From positions 32,001 to 96,000 of IMG/VR virus record IMGVR_UViG_3300010883_000001: a stretch of DNA of 64,000 nt; one strand, given 5' to 3'. Below the pieces are notes generated by a model, which made no database searches, was not told the DNA's origin, and saw nothing but the letters and a program-made list of their open reading frames with translations. The position numbers and the translations under genes were made by a program. Position 1 is the stretch's first letter; each line of letters begins with the position of its first letter. The DNA is from a virus. Positions 38,198 through 47,118 of the stretch are shown one piece after another.

Positions 38198-40372
38198 ATG
38201 TCAGTATCGAGAACACAATTGCGTTTCCAGCAAATCACGGGTTCAATACCCTCTGATGTCCTATCAAAAGTCGCAAATAAAGATTCAATAGCAATAACAT
38301 CAGTATCAGGAACGATTGATCATTTAGCATCAGCGATAAAGAGACTACACGGTTTTACGGCCTTTACCGGTAATGATCCAGGTAGTTTTAATACCAATGT
38401 ATATATATCGGGCAGTTTAATTGATTTAAATCAAGCGGCAACCGTTCAGACTGCGGCCGGTGACCTAACGATCAAATCTGCTGCTGCTAGTGTTAACATA
38501 CAAGGGGTTGAAGCTGCTGCAAATGCCATTTATTTAAATGCATCAAATGCCGCCGGCGGTGTTGATGTAGATGCCGGCACCGGTGGTGTTGCAATAGACA
38601 CAACGGGAGTGTTCTCAATTAATGGTGCCGATGACTCTGACATTACAGTCAGCACAGCGGCCAAAGATCTCGCACTCACTGTCTCTGGTGGCGGTGCACA
38701 GGTCCTCCAGTTGAACTCAGCCGGTACGGGTGCAGACGCAATTGATGTAAATGCAACGGCGGGGGGTATCGACGTTGATGCAGCTGGGGCAATTGCTATT
38801 GATTCAAGCGCGGGTACAATTACAGTTGGTGGAAACGACATAGATCAAAATATTAATGTTGGTACTGACGGTGTCAGGGCAATCGGCATCGGAACCATAA
38901 GCGGTACAGGCGGAGTTCCTTCAACTTCAGTAACCGCAGCTGCTGTTGTTATAGATATTGATGGTGGTGCAACGGGTGTTACGATTGATGCTCTTGATGC
39001 TGGTACAATCGGTATAGGAACCAGCGCAAATGCCGCATCAGATACATCGGCAATTAATATAGGTACGTCCGCAACCGCGAGAACAATAACGGTTGGTAAT
39101 GCTGCGTCGACAAAGGTTGATGTTAACGCGTTGATAATAGAACTTGATTCCGCAGGGACGTTTATCCTTGATGCTGTCTCGACGGCAACGATGGGAGCTA
39201 CGGCATTTGATATTGATGCAGATGGTGGCGCAGGCTCGGGTACAGTGGCTATAGATACAAATGACACAACAAATGGTGTGACAATCGGTACGGCAAACGC
39301 TAACGTACCGATATCAATTGGTAATGCTATATCAGAAGTTACTGTCAATGATAACCTAACTGTTACAGGCGATCTAACCGTTAACGGTGCAACGACGACT
39401 GTCGATACAACAAATTTATTAGTTGAAGATCCAGTCGTTGCGCTAGCAATGAATGCCGGTTCACAAAATCAGAATGGTGGAATAGCAATACTCTCTGGTT
39501 CAACAGATAGTGATTTGGTTTTAGGCCGGGTCGCTAATGATACTTGGGGCGTGGGTAAAAAGGCAACGCTTAAAGCTGAGGTAGTGACGTTAGCTGATAT
39601 GACATTAGTTAATATGCGAGCTAGCAGATTTGAGGTTGATACCGCATCAGATTACATTGACGTCTCAACAGATCTTACATTGGTCGCCGCAGCAGATATA
39701 CTATTAGATCCGGCCGGTGCGGAAGTGAAGGCAGACGCGAGTATCATACCAAATTCTGACAATGCCCGAGACCTAGGTATGGAGGACAATGGGGTAAGCA
39801 GGAGATGGAGAGATGGCTACTTCTCCAGGAACCTATTTGTCTCAGGTGCTTTGGCCTCCAGAGGTTCTACATTACATATAACAGCATCAACATCCGCCGG
39901 TGCCCAAATAACTTTTGGTGATGGTTATTCTGGTGTTGAAGGTATGGGCGGAGGAAATAACGGTAGGATTAAGCTGGCAGGGTCAGGTGAATATACTGAG
40001 TTTATAAGTGCCTTTACTAACACAACAACTATAATTGGTGCAATTAATTCTTTGGCTGCCGGAGTATCAGTGAAGTTTAGTGGGTCTGTCGGAAACGTAA
40101 ACATAATACCTCAAGGGTCTGACCCAGGTACTGCACCAGTTGTTAGAAATACCCAGGTTCACGTAAAGGATATGACACTTGACCAGGTAGATTTAGGAAA
40201 GGTATCAGATAGTAATACGCATGTTTACTTAAATGGCTCAATGTTGATGTCAGGCTCAGCCGCCCTAGTTACTGCCGGTGTACATGCAGACTATGTAGTA
40301 ATAGGGTCTGGTAGTATTAAGTTTGGTTTTCAACTAGAACAGGACGACGTTATCTCAGTTATAAAGTCATAA
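38198..40372 (+). CDS. Fibre-like virion protein
   Basis: A/G/T/D/I-rich beta-repeats. TVNDNLTVTGDLTVNGATTTVDTTNLLVEDP fibre motif. C-terminal HVYLNG module. Confidence 0.7.
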   Translation: MSVSRTQLRFQQITGSIPSDVLSKVANKDSIAITSVSGTIDHLASAIKRLHGFTAFTGNDPGSFNTNVYISGSLIDLNQAATVQTAAGDLTIKSAAASVNIQGVEAAANAIYLNASNAAGGVDVDAGTGGVAIDTTGVFSINGADDSDITVSTAAKDLALTVSGGGAQVLQLNSAGTGADAIDVNATAGGIDVDAAGAIAIDSSAGTITVGGNDIDQNINVGTDGVRAIGIGTISGTGGVPSTSVTAAAVVIDIDGGATGVTIDALDAGTIGIGTSANAASDTSAINIGTSATARTITVGNAASTKVDVNALIIELDSAGTFILDAVSTATMGATAFDIDADGGAGSGTVAIDTNDTTNGVTIGTANANVPISIGNAISEVTVNDNLTVTGDLTVNGATTTVDTTNLLVEDPVVALAMNAGSQNQNGGIAILSGSTDSDLVLGRVANDTWGVGKKATLKAEVVTLADMTLVNMRASRFEVDTASDYIDVSTDLTLVAAADILLDPAGAEVKADASIIPNSDNARDLGMEDNGVSRRWRDGYFSRNLFVSGALASRGSTLHITASTSAGAQITFGDGYSGVEGMGGGNNGRIKLAGSGEYTEFISAFTNTTTIIGAINSLAAGVSVKFSGSVGNVNIIPQGSDPGTAPVVRNTQVHVKDMTLDQVDLGKVSDSNTHVYLNGSMLMSGSAALVTAGVHADYVVIGSGSIKFGFQLEQDDVISVIKS

Positions 40373-40611
40373 AATATGTCAAAAACAGTTTGGACTATAT
40401 ACTTACCCACGTTAATACACTTTTCAACAATGTAGGTTTCATACCTTTATTTCTTTTCAATATTTCTTTTCAATTAATTTCCAAGCAAATTTTATACTTA
40501 AATCGATGATTTGTCATAAGTTTGACGTGTATATAATACGAGTGTAATATATTTAATATTGTCGGCGCAAACCGACTTTATTCCGACATTCGTTTGTTAA
40601 ATTTAGACAAC

Positions 40612-40670
40612 ATTTCGATAATTTCATTTCATTTCAATAATTTCATTTCAATATAATTTCATTTCATTTC
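40612..40670 (+). repeat. ATTTC pentamer array (9 copies) in 5' leader
   Basis: ATTTC at 40612, 40621, 40626, 40631, 40640, 40645, 40656, 40661, 40666. Confidence 0.85.
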
Positions 40671-40708
40671 GTTCTACATGTCTAAAAAAACGGAGGAATA
40701 AAAAAGAT

Positions 40709-43700
40709 ATGGGAGAATTAAGAAATCAATTAAGCCTAAAGCAACTTTCCGGATCATTCGGAAACGCTAGGGGTAAAATAAGATCAGATATATCAAAGGC
40801 ATCTGCTTCGGCAGCGACTATCGCATTGTCTGGATCTAATAATAAGGGAGATTTAGCTGGGCTCTTGAGTCACATGGCATCAGCTATTAAACGAATAAAT
40901 GGTGGCTCTGACTTTGCAACCGTCGGAGGTGGTGTCCTTTCAGGATCAACTTACGAGATAAACGCTTCTGGAGACATTACTTTTAATGCCGATGGGGGTG
41001 ATATTAAGTTTGAAGACGGTTCACAGGCAGCCATGACCATTAAGATGGACTCTACTGCTGGTGATGCTGCGTTCCTTGATGCTGGTGATACGGAAATATT
41101 CCGCATTGACGGTTCTGCTAATTCACTTTTAATGGCGAACAATCTTAAGATTGAGCTAGGACACTCTGATGAGTATGTATATGGTGACGGAACTGATATT
41201 CACTTCGGTGTTGGATCTGGTGGTGATATTAATGTCCCGTCCAGTATCGGTGTTACTTTCGGTAACGACGGTGAGAAGATCGAAGGTGATGGTTCTGGGA
41301 TAACTGTTGCTGGTGGAACAATCACACTCGATTCAGAGGGTGACATCAACCTCAACGCGGGTGGCGCAGACGTTGTGTATCAGAGTGATACCCGTGAGTT
41401 CTTGAAAATCACCAGTGGTTCTGGTGTTGTTGATGTAAGCCTTGCCGGCGCATCAAGCTCAGCAGACCTTGTTTTCAAGGATTACGGCGGAACTGAGATA
41501 TTCAGGGTTGATTCATCCGCTGACTCACTTTTGATGTCTTCTACTAAGAAGATTGAGTTTGGTTCGGCCAATGCTTATATTCAGCATGATGGTACTGACC
41601 TTAAAATCGCCGATGATGCTGATGTTAATATCGTTCCTTCAGTCGATTTCTTGGTCGACGCTGGTGGATCGATCATATTGGATGCTCATGATGGAGATAT
41701 TGCGCTTAGAGATAGTGGTACTAATTACCTCGTATTGTCGCAGTCTGGCGGAAGCGCAATCTTAAGCTCATCTGTTCACAGTGAGGATATTCAGTTTCAT
41801 GGTAATAATGCGGCTGAAGTATTCAGGGTTGATGGATCTGCTAACTCACTCCTGATGGCTTCTGGCAAAGAGCTTCAGTTTGCAGACGATGGTGAGCACA
41901 TTTCAGGTGATGGATCTACTTTGAGCATTGTCTCAGAGGCAGGTTCAATCGCAGTTGGTGCAGCACTAACTGATGGTCAGACATTAAAGCTTGGTAAAAA
42001 CAGCGCCGTTGAGGTAATTATTGCACCGCATGGTACAGCTGGTAGCGAAAAGTACTCTGTTACTAATACTGCTGGTACTGCTGTTGATGCTATTTTGATT
42101 GACTCAACTGCTGGTGGTGTCACGCTGAAATCAGCTAATACTACTCATGGTGTGGTTATTGCTACAGCTACTTCAGGTGTTCCAGTTTCGATTGGTCATA
42201 CAACATCTGAAACTACTGTTAATGATAACCTTAATGTCACCGGCGATCTTGAGGTTGACGGATCACTTTTGATTAAGGGTTCCACAACAACCGTTGATAC
42301 AACCAATATGCATGTTGAAGATCCCTTGATGCTTCTAGGTTCAGGATCTACATCAGCAGGTGATAGAGGTATTGTTCTGAAGACCGCTGCCGCTACTGGT
42401 AAGGTAATGTTCTGGGATAACTCAGCATCTACTTTTACGTTTGGTAGTACAACTACAGCAGGTGATCTATTAGGTACATCAACAACGATTACGACATCTT
42501 CATTGGATCAAGTTCGTGTTGGTAAGCTTTCATTTGAAGAAGGTAGATCATACCTAGATACTAATGCTGATGGTAATGCGGTCACCATGACTGCAGGATC
42601 AACTTTCACTGTTGATGCTGCTACTGACATTGTTCTTGACGCAGCTGGTGGTGATATTGATTTTAAGGTAGATGGAACTGCAATGTTGCAGTTTACTAGT
42701 GGATCTTCCGTCGTTGAGATTCAAACAGGTGCAACTTACCAAGACCTTGTCTTCAAGGAAGACGGCGGTACCGAAGTTTTCCGCATGGATGCTTCAGCTG
42801 AGTCACTTTTGATGGCTTCGGGTAAAGAGCTTCAGTTCGCCGACTCCGGTGAGCACATTTCTGGCGATGGATCTACTTTGAGCATTGTCTCAGAAGCTGG
42901 TTCAATCGCAGCTGGTGCAGCACTAGCTGATGGTCAGACATTAAAGCTTGGTAAAAACGGCGCCGTTGAGGTAATTATTGCACCTCACGGCACACCCGCT
43001 AGCGAAAAGTACTCTGTTACTAATACTGCTGGTACTGCGGTATCTGATACTGCTGCTGCTGTGCAGGTTACTGCTACTGTTGGTGCGGTTACGTTGGCTT
43101 CTGGTGTTGCTGATGCAGCTGCTATTCGTCTCAAGGCGACAAACGCTGCTGGTGGTATTGATATGGATGCAGGAACAGGAACGATCGCTCTTGATGCTGG
43201 TGGAATCTCCTTAGATTCAGCTGGTGTTGCTGCGAACTTTACTGTTGCTTCTGATGGTGCTGGTGAAGATCTCACGATCGAAGTGACTGGTGCTACAAAT
43301 TCGTCAGTGGTGATTAAGTCTTCTGGTACAAGTAATGATGCTATTAGTATCGCAACTTCTGCTGGTGGTATGGACCTTACTGTTGCTGGTGCAGCTGCAG
43401 GTGAAGATCTGGACATTTCATCTAATAGTTCGGTTAATGTAACCTCTACTGAAGATGCAACTGATTCAATTAAGTTTGAAGGGTTGGGATACTCATTTAA
43501 TTCAGGTGACTTGGATGATACATATGCATTTAATGATGCACCACTGACCCTGGCATCGATCGGCTCAGCTGATAGTATGGTATCCATGACAAACAAGCTT
43601 GGTAACATGGATCGTACAAAGGCTGCGTTTGATGGTTTAAACTGGAATGGTGGTAAGGTTATTACTACTAAGACGAGAACAAAGAAAACACACCGCATGG

Positions 43701-43921
43701 CGCATGCGGTTTCGTCTGGTGGAACCGTCACTGTCTCTGGTTCTGTACACGATCTTGGTGAACATGAAGGAAATGTTGACGTGTTTTTGAACGGTCAATT
43801 GATACTCACTGGATCCAGTGCGGTAAATGGTGATTATGCGTTGTCATTAACTAATACCGCTGTTGTCAAATTCTATTTTGCCTTGGAGAAGGAAGATACA
43901 GTTACAGTCATAACTGGCTAA
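40709..43921 (+). CDS. Fibre-like virion protein, paralogue of 38198..40372, internally repeated
   Basis: Shared N-terminus (QL...Q..GS...H.ASAIKR..G), TVNDNLNVTGDL...TTTVDTTN..VEDP and C-terminal DVFLNG module. Four E(I/V)FRxDxSAxSLLM repeats. Confidence 0.75.
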   Translation: MGELRNQLSLKQLSGSFGNARGKIRSDISKASASAATIALSGSNNKGDLAGLLSHMASAIKRINGGSDFATVGGGVLSGSTYEINASGDITFNADGGDIKFEDGSQAAMTIKMDSTAGDAAFLDAGDTEIFRIDGSANSLLMANNLKIELGHSDEYVYGDGTDIHFGVGSGGDINVPSSIGVTFGNDGEKIEGDGSGITVAGGTITLDSEGDINLNAGGADVVYQSDTREFLKITSGSGVVDVSLAGASSSADLVFKDYGGTEIFRVDSSADSLLMSSTKKIEFGSANAYIQHDGTDLKIADDADVNIVPSVDFLVDAGGSIILDAHDGDIALRDSGTNYLVLSQSGGSAILSSSVHSEDIQFHGNNAAEVFRVDGSANSLLMASGKELQFADDGEHISGDGSTLSIVSEAGSIAVGAALTDGQTLKLGKNSAVEVIIAPHGTAGSEKYSVTNTAGTAVDAILIDSTAGGVTLKSANTTHGVVIATATSGVPVSIGHTTSETTVNDNLNVTGDLEVDGSLLIKGSTTTVDTTNMHVEDPLMLLGSGSTSAGDRGIVLKTAAATGKVMFWDNSASTFTFGSTTTAGDLLGTSTTITTSSLDQVRVGKLSFEEGRSYLDTNADGNAVTMTAGSTFTVDAATDIVLDAAGGDIDFKVDGTAMLQFTSGSSVVEIQTGATYQDLVFKEDGGTEVFRMDASAESLLMASGKELQFADSGEHISGDGSTLSIVSEAGSIAAGAALADGQTLKLGKNGAVEVIIAPHGTPASEKYSVTNTAGTAVSDTAAAVQVTATVGAVTLASGVADAAAIRLKATNAAGGIDMDAGTGTIALDAGGISLDSAGVAANFTVASDGAGEDLTIEVTGATNSSVVIKSSGTSNDAISIATSAGGMDLTVAGAAAGEDLDISSNSSVNVTSTEDATDSIKFEGLGYSFNSGDLDDTYAFNDAPLTLASIGSADSMVSMTNKLGNMDRTKAAFDGLNWNGGKVITTKTRTKKTHRMAHAVSSGGTVTVSGSVHDLGEHEGNVDVFLNGQLILTGSSAVNGDYALSLTNTAVVKFYFALEKEDTVTVITG
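41846..43038 (+). repeat. ~236-bp near-identical direct repeat inside the fibre gene (41846-42081 and 42803-43038)
   Basis: Both encode SLLMASGKELQFAD.GEHISGDGSTLSIVSEAGSIA.GAAL.DGQTLKLGKN.AVEVIIAPHGT..SEKYSVTNTAGTA. Offset 957 bp. Confidence 0.9.
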
Positions 43922-43944
43922 TATTTTTTATTAGTCAACTTTTT

Positions 43945-43978
43945 GCCCCCCCGGCTTGCCGGGGGGGTTTCTTTTTTT
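43945..43978 (+). terminator. Strong intrinsic terminator
   Basis: GCCCCCCCGGC-TT-GCCGGGGGGGT hairpin followed by TTCTTTTTTT. Confidence 0.9.
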
Positions 43979-44037
43979 ATATTCATTGATATTTTTATAT
44001 TATCTAGTGTTAGATTATCTTTGTTTTTGGAGAGATT

Positions 44038-44520
44038 ATGGATATTGAAAATTTAGTAAGTAATATTAATTCGCTTTGTGATTCCGAAGGTAAGAATTCA
44101 ATGCGCCGCGCAGCTGAGTTGAAGGAACAGGTTAAGGCTGCCGATTCAATCTGTGGCGCAATATCTACTCGCCTTCGTCAAATTTCTACTAATATAAACA
44201 AGGATGCAACACCAGAACAACAGTTGGGATTTGTTCTAGAACAAATGGGGACATTAGATCAGGCCTTACGCGCTGAACCAACAAATTTAAGGATGCAGTT
44301 TGCACGTTCTCAGGCTGATCATGATACATGGGCTAGGGCAAATAAACTAGTAACAGAACTAATAGAAACGTTACATAGAAAAGAAGAAAAAGTTGCACAG
44401 CTTGCCGAAAAGATAACGTCAGGTGAGCTTGATCCAAATGCTCGCCGTAAACCAGGCCAACGCCCTGAATCACTTAAGAATGTTAGGGCAGCGCAGAAAA
44501 TCTTAAAGGAAGAACCATAG
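44038..44520 (+). CDS. Hypothetical coiled-coil protein
   Basis: 160-aa ORF with GGAG SD. Confidence 0.6.
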   Translation: MDIENLVSNINSLCDSEGKNSMRRAAELKEQVKAADSICGAISTRLRQISTNINKDATPEQQLGFVLEQMGTLDQALRAEPTNLRMQFARSQADHDTWARANKLVTELIETLHRKEEKVAQLAEKITSGELDPNARRKPGQRPESLKNVRAAQKILKEEP

Positions 44521-44999
44521 TGGCTATAAAGCTTTTAAAAAATGTCAATTTTGGTAGTTCAAAAGGTGGTTTAGGCACGGTCGGTTTCACGCTAGTGGGG
44601 TATGGAGGCGAGACCGTCACAGGAAGATCAACTACCGGTGTGCATGAGGTTGGCACATCCACAGGAATATACGCAGCGCCAATAACATTTTCTTCATTAT
44701 TCAGTGGTTCAATACTCTGGGATACTGGTGAGGCAGCTTTACTCGCGGTATATGCGACTGAGGAATATAACCAAACCGAGGACAAGCTTAATTTTATAAA
44801 AGGCATTTCCGGAGGAAGATGGAAGCTTGATCAGACCACAAAACAAATGGTTTTTTACGATGATGATAATACGACCATTGTTGCGAGATTTAGTATGTAT
44901 AACTCATCTAAAAATTCATCAGTAGACTCTGTTCATCAAAGAGTAAGAAATGATGAGAATACTGATGGTGCAGTATTAATAGGAAACGTTGATCCATAA
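44520..44999 (+). CDS. Hypothetical (probable virion) protein
   Basis: GTG start overlapping the previous stop. GVHEVG..TGIY, GGRWK...QMVFYDDDNTT.VARF. Confidence 0.6.
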   Translation: MAIKLLKNVNFGSSKGGLGTVGFTLVGYGGETVTGRSTTGVHEVGTSTGIYAAPITFSSLFSGSILWDTGEAALLAVYATEEYNQTEDKLNFIKGISGGRWKLDQTTKQMVFYDDDNTTIVARFSMYNSSKNSSVDSVHQRVRNDENTDGAVLIGNVDP

Positions 45000-45379
45000 T
45001 GGCTATAACTTCTCCCATAGTAACTCAGGGTTTTGGCCCAAATGTCGACGGCGGAATGATCATTACTATGGGTTTTGGTGGTTTTATAGCTGCTGTTAAG
45101 GAAGTGGCTGAAGATATTATTCGTGCTGCTGGAAAAGCTGCAAGAAGAATAATACCGGATGTTTTATACTCAATAAAGGCATCTCTTATAGAGGTTAATG
45201 GAGAAGAATTATCATATCCAATAGTGGGCTCCGTTAGTAAAATGGCAAAGGTGGATGAATCACCCCTTAGGGGGATAATTACTTTTGTATCTTCTTCAGT
45301 AAGACAGGTGAGTAAACCAATACTTATTGAAGCGAGGCCTCTATTTATTAAGTATTTTAGACCCGGTACAAAAGATTAG
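44999..45379 (+). CDS. Hypothetical protein
   Basis: TAATG-coupled. IVTQGFG/ITMGFG repeat. Confidence 0.6.
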   Translation: MAITSPIVTQGFGPNVDGGMIITMGFGGFIAAVKEVAEDIIRAAGKAARRIIPDVLYSIKASLIEVNGEELSYPIVGSVSKMAKVDESPLRGIITFVSSSVRQVSKPILIEARPLFIKYFRPGTKD

Positions 45380-45394
45380 TTTGGAGTTTATAAA

Positions 45395-45853
45395 TTGAGT
45401 GATTTTGATCTGATATTAGACGATGAAAATGAGTTGAAATTTGCCGTGACAATTGAAGGCGCAGAACAAGGAAGTCCAACGGCCAGGCTTCATATATCTA
45501 CCAATAAGGGATATGATCTTGTTTTTGAGGGTGAAAGATCTTCGGACGGTGAGTTATCAGTTGTTGTTCCCCCCCTCAAAGGCGTAATAGCTGAAGGAAG
45601 TTATTCTGCAGAGCTTGAAGTCATTATAGATGAACGGGTTTTTAAGCCACTCACAATGACGACTAATTTTAAGCGTGCCATCAAGGTGGAGGCTGCCGTA
45701 AAGACAATAATACAATCCAGACAGCCGAGTGTTTCTGCATCCTTATTGACGGAGGAGCCTAGGGAGGTGTCTTCGGTTAAGAAAAAAGTAGAAAAGAAAC
45801 CTGTCAAGAAATCAGCTAGTTTAGATGATATATTGAAGGAGCTGTCCAAATGA
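45395..45853 (+). CDS. Hypothetical protein (Ig/beta-sandwich-like N-terminus)
   Basis: TTG start with GGAG SD. EGSYSAELEVII. Confidence 0.6.
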   Translation: MSDFDLILDDENELKFAVTIEGAEQGSPTARLHISTNKGYDLVFEGERSSDGELSVVVPPLKGVIAEGSYSAELEVIIDERVFKPLTMTTNFKRAIKVEAAVKTIIQSRQPSVSASLLTEEPREVSSVKKKVEKKPVKKSASLDDILKELSK

Positions 45854-46116
45854 TAGAAGCAATTATTTATAGTTTGGCTGGTTTTTATCTCTTAGGCTGT
45901 GCAACGACTGCTGGGTTAGCGTTGATTGGGCATTCTTTTTCTTGCTGGGTATTAAAGAACGTAGTTAGGGGGAGTAAGCAGTCTGAGGTTAAGATATTAT
46001 CGTGTAAGTTGAAGGTTAGATCAAGGGATTCTTTAAGACGATGTTATTTGTGGCCGCTATGGGTTATAGTTTCAATAAAAATATTGTTTGAAAAAGAAAA
46101 CTTAATTGATCAATGA
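45850..46116 (+). CDS. Small membrane protein
   Basis: Hydrophobic N-terminus and LWPLWVIV segment. ATGA overlap. Confidence 0.5.
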   Translation: MIEAIIYSLAGFYLLGCATTAGLALIGHSFSCWVLKNVVRGSKQSEVKILSCKLKVRSRDSLRRCYLWPLWVIVSIKILFEKENLIDQ

Positions 46117-46885
46117 AAGAAAAATACGTTCTGCATCACGCCTACTAAAATATTCCCTCTCAGAGCTCAGGGATACAAAAAATCAGTTTGATACATATAA
46201 TGAAGACTTTTTAAGTGCTGTTGACCATGCTCGTAGAAACTTAAAAAAAGAAACCCGCGATTACGAGAAATTTAAAGAGCAGTCTGGATCTAGTGGTTCT
46301 ACTGAGCCGGCGGACAAGAATAAAGTTAAAGAGGAGACTATCAAGAAGGACAAGGAAGATCCCATCACGGAGACTGTCAATGATATGGATAGCCTTAAGT
46401 CAACAGTTGATCCGGTATATAGAAAATTATATAAAAAAATAGCGATGAAGACACATCCTGATAGAATGAAAACAATGTCGTGGTTGGAAGATTATGAAAA
46501 AGATGCGTTGGTTTCAATATTCCAGGAGGCAAGATCTTCATTAGAGAATGCTGATAAAAATGGATTGCTATGTTCTGCATGTGAAGTTGATATTGATCTA
46601 ATGCAGGTAGGGTTTAATGAAGATGATCTTTTACGTAGATTACAGAAGCAGGCAAAAAAATCAAGTGAAAATTTAAATAGCATATCAAGAAACTATATCT
46701 GGTCATGGGGTGAGACAAAAGATATAGTTACAAAGACGAAAATATTACAGGCATATATGCAACATTTAGGGTACCCTCAAATACCCGAGAGTCTTCTACG
46801 CGATGTTATTGATACATATCGTGACTCCACAGGCCGATCACGAAGAAAAGTTGGAAAAAGACCAAAAAGATTAATTAGACGTTGA
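46106..46885 (+). CDS. J-domain-containing protein
   Basis: YRKLYKKIAMKTHPDR (HPD motif) followed by a helix ending F.EA. Confidence 0.75.
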   Translation: MINERKIRSASRLLKYSLSELRDTKNQFDTYNEDFLSAVDHARRNLKKETRDYEKFKEQSGSSGSTEPADKNKVKEETIKKDKEDPITETVNDMDSLKSTVDPVYRKLYKKIAMKTHPDRMKTMSWLEDYEKDALVSIFQEARSSLENADKNGLLCSACEVDIDLMQVGFNEDDLLRRLQKQAKKSSENLNSISRNYIWSWGETKDIVTKTKILQAYMQHLGYPQIPESLLRDVIDTYRDSTGRSRRKVGKRPKRLIRR

Positions 46886-46910
46886 TCAATTTAATGTTTT
46901 ATTATATAAT
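46882..46910 (+). promoter_or_regulatory. Sigma70-like promoter heading the nucleotide/DNA-modification operon
   Basis: TTGATC-N17-TATAAT. ATG at 46916 lies 5 nt downstream (leaderless-type). Confidence 0.65.
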
Positions 46911-46915
46911 AAAAC

Positions 46916-47116
46916 ATGCAGACTTACACAACAAAACAAATAAAAGCAGCGATTGATGAAACCTTGCATAGGCATTCAACGCTACAGATTAATTTAGCAT
47001 CAAATAGAGCCAGGGAAGTTTTGGCATTAGAAATAATCCAAAAACTTAAACCTTATCTATCTCCTGCTGATCCAGCGGACGTTAGTAAGTTTTGGCCAAT
47101 GGATGAGGAGATATAG
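46916..47116 (+). CDS. Hypothetical protein
   Basis: 66-aa ORF containing QINLAS..ARE.LA. Confidence 0.55.
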   Translation: MQTYTTKQIKAAIDETLHRHSTLQINLASNRAREVLALEIIQKLKPYLSPADPADVSKFWPMDEEI

Positions 47117-47118
47117 GG

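Noticed and set aside
40561-40590. c-di-GMP-I riboswitch (GCAAACC-like)
   Set aside because: It lacks the GNRA-capped P2 and the second conserved stem. Only a short hairpin is present.
40612-40670. CRISPR array or replication-origin iterons
   Set aside because: Units are 5 bp with no spacers, and they lie between a putative promoter and SD. An origin role cannot be excluded but is unsupported.
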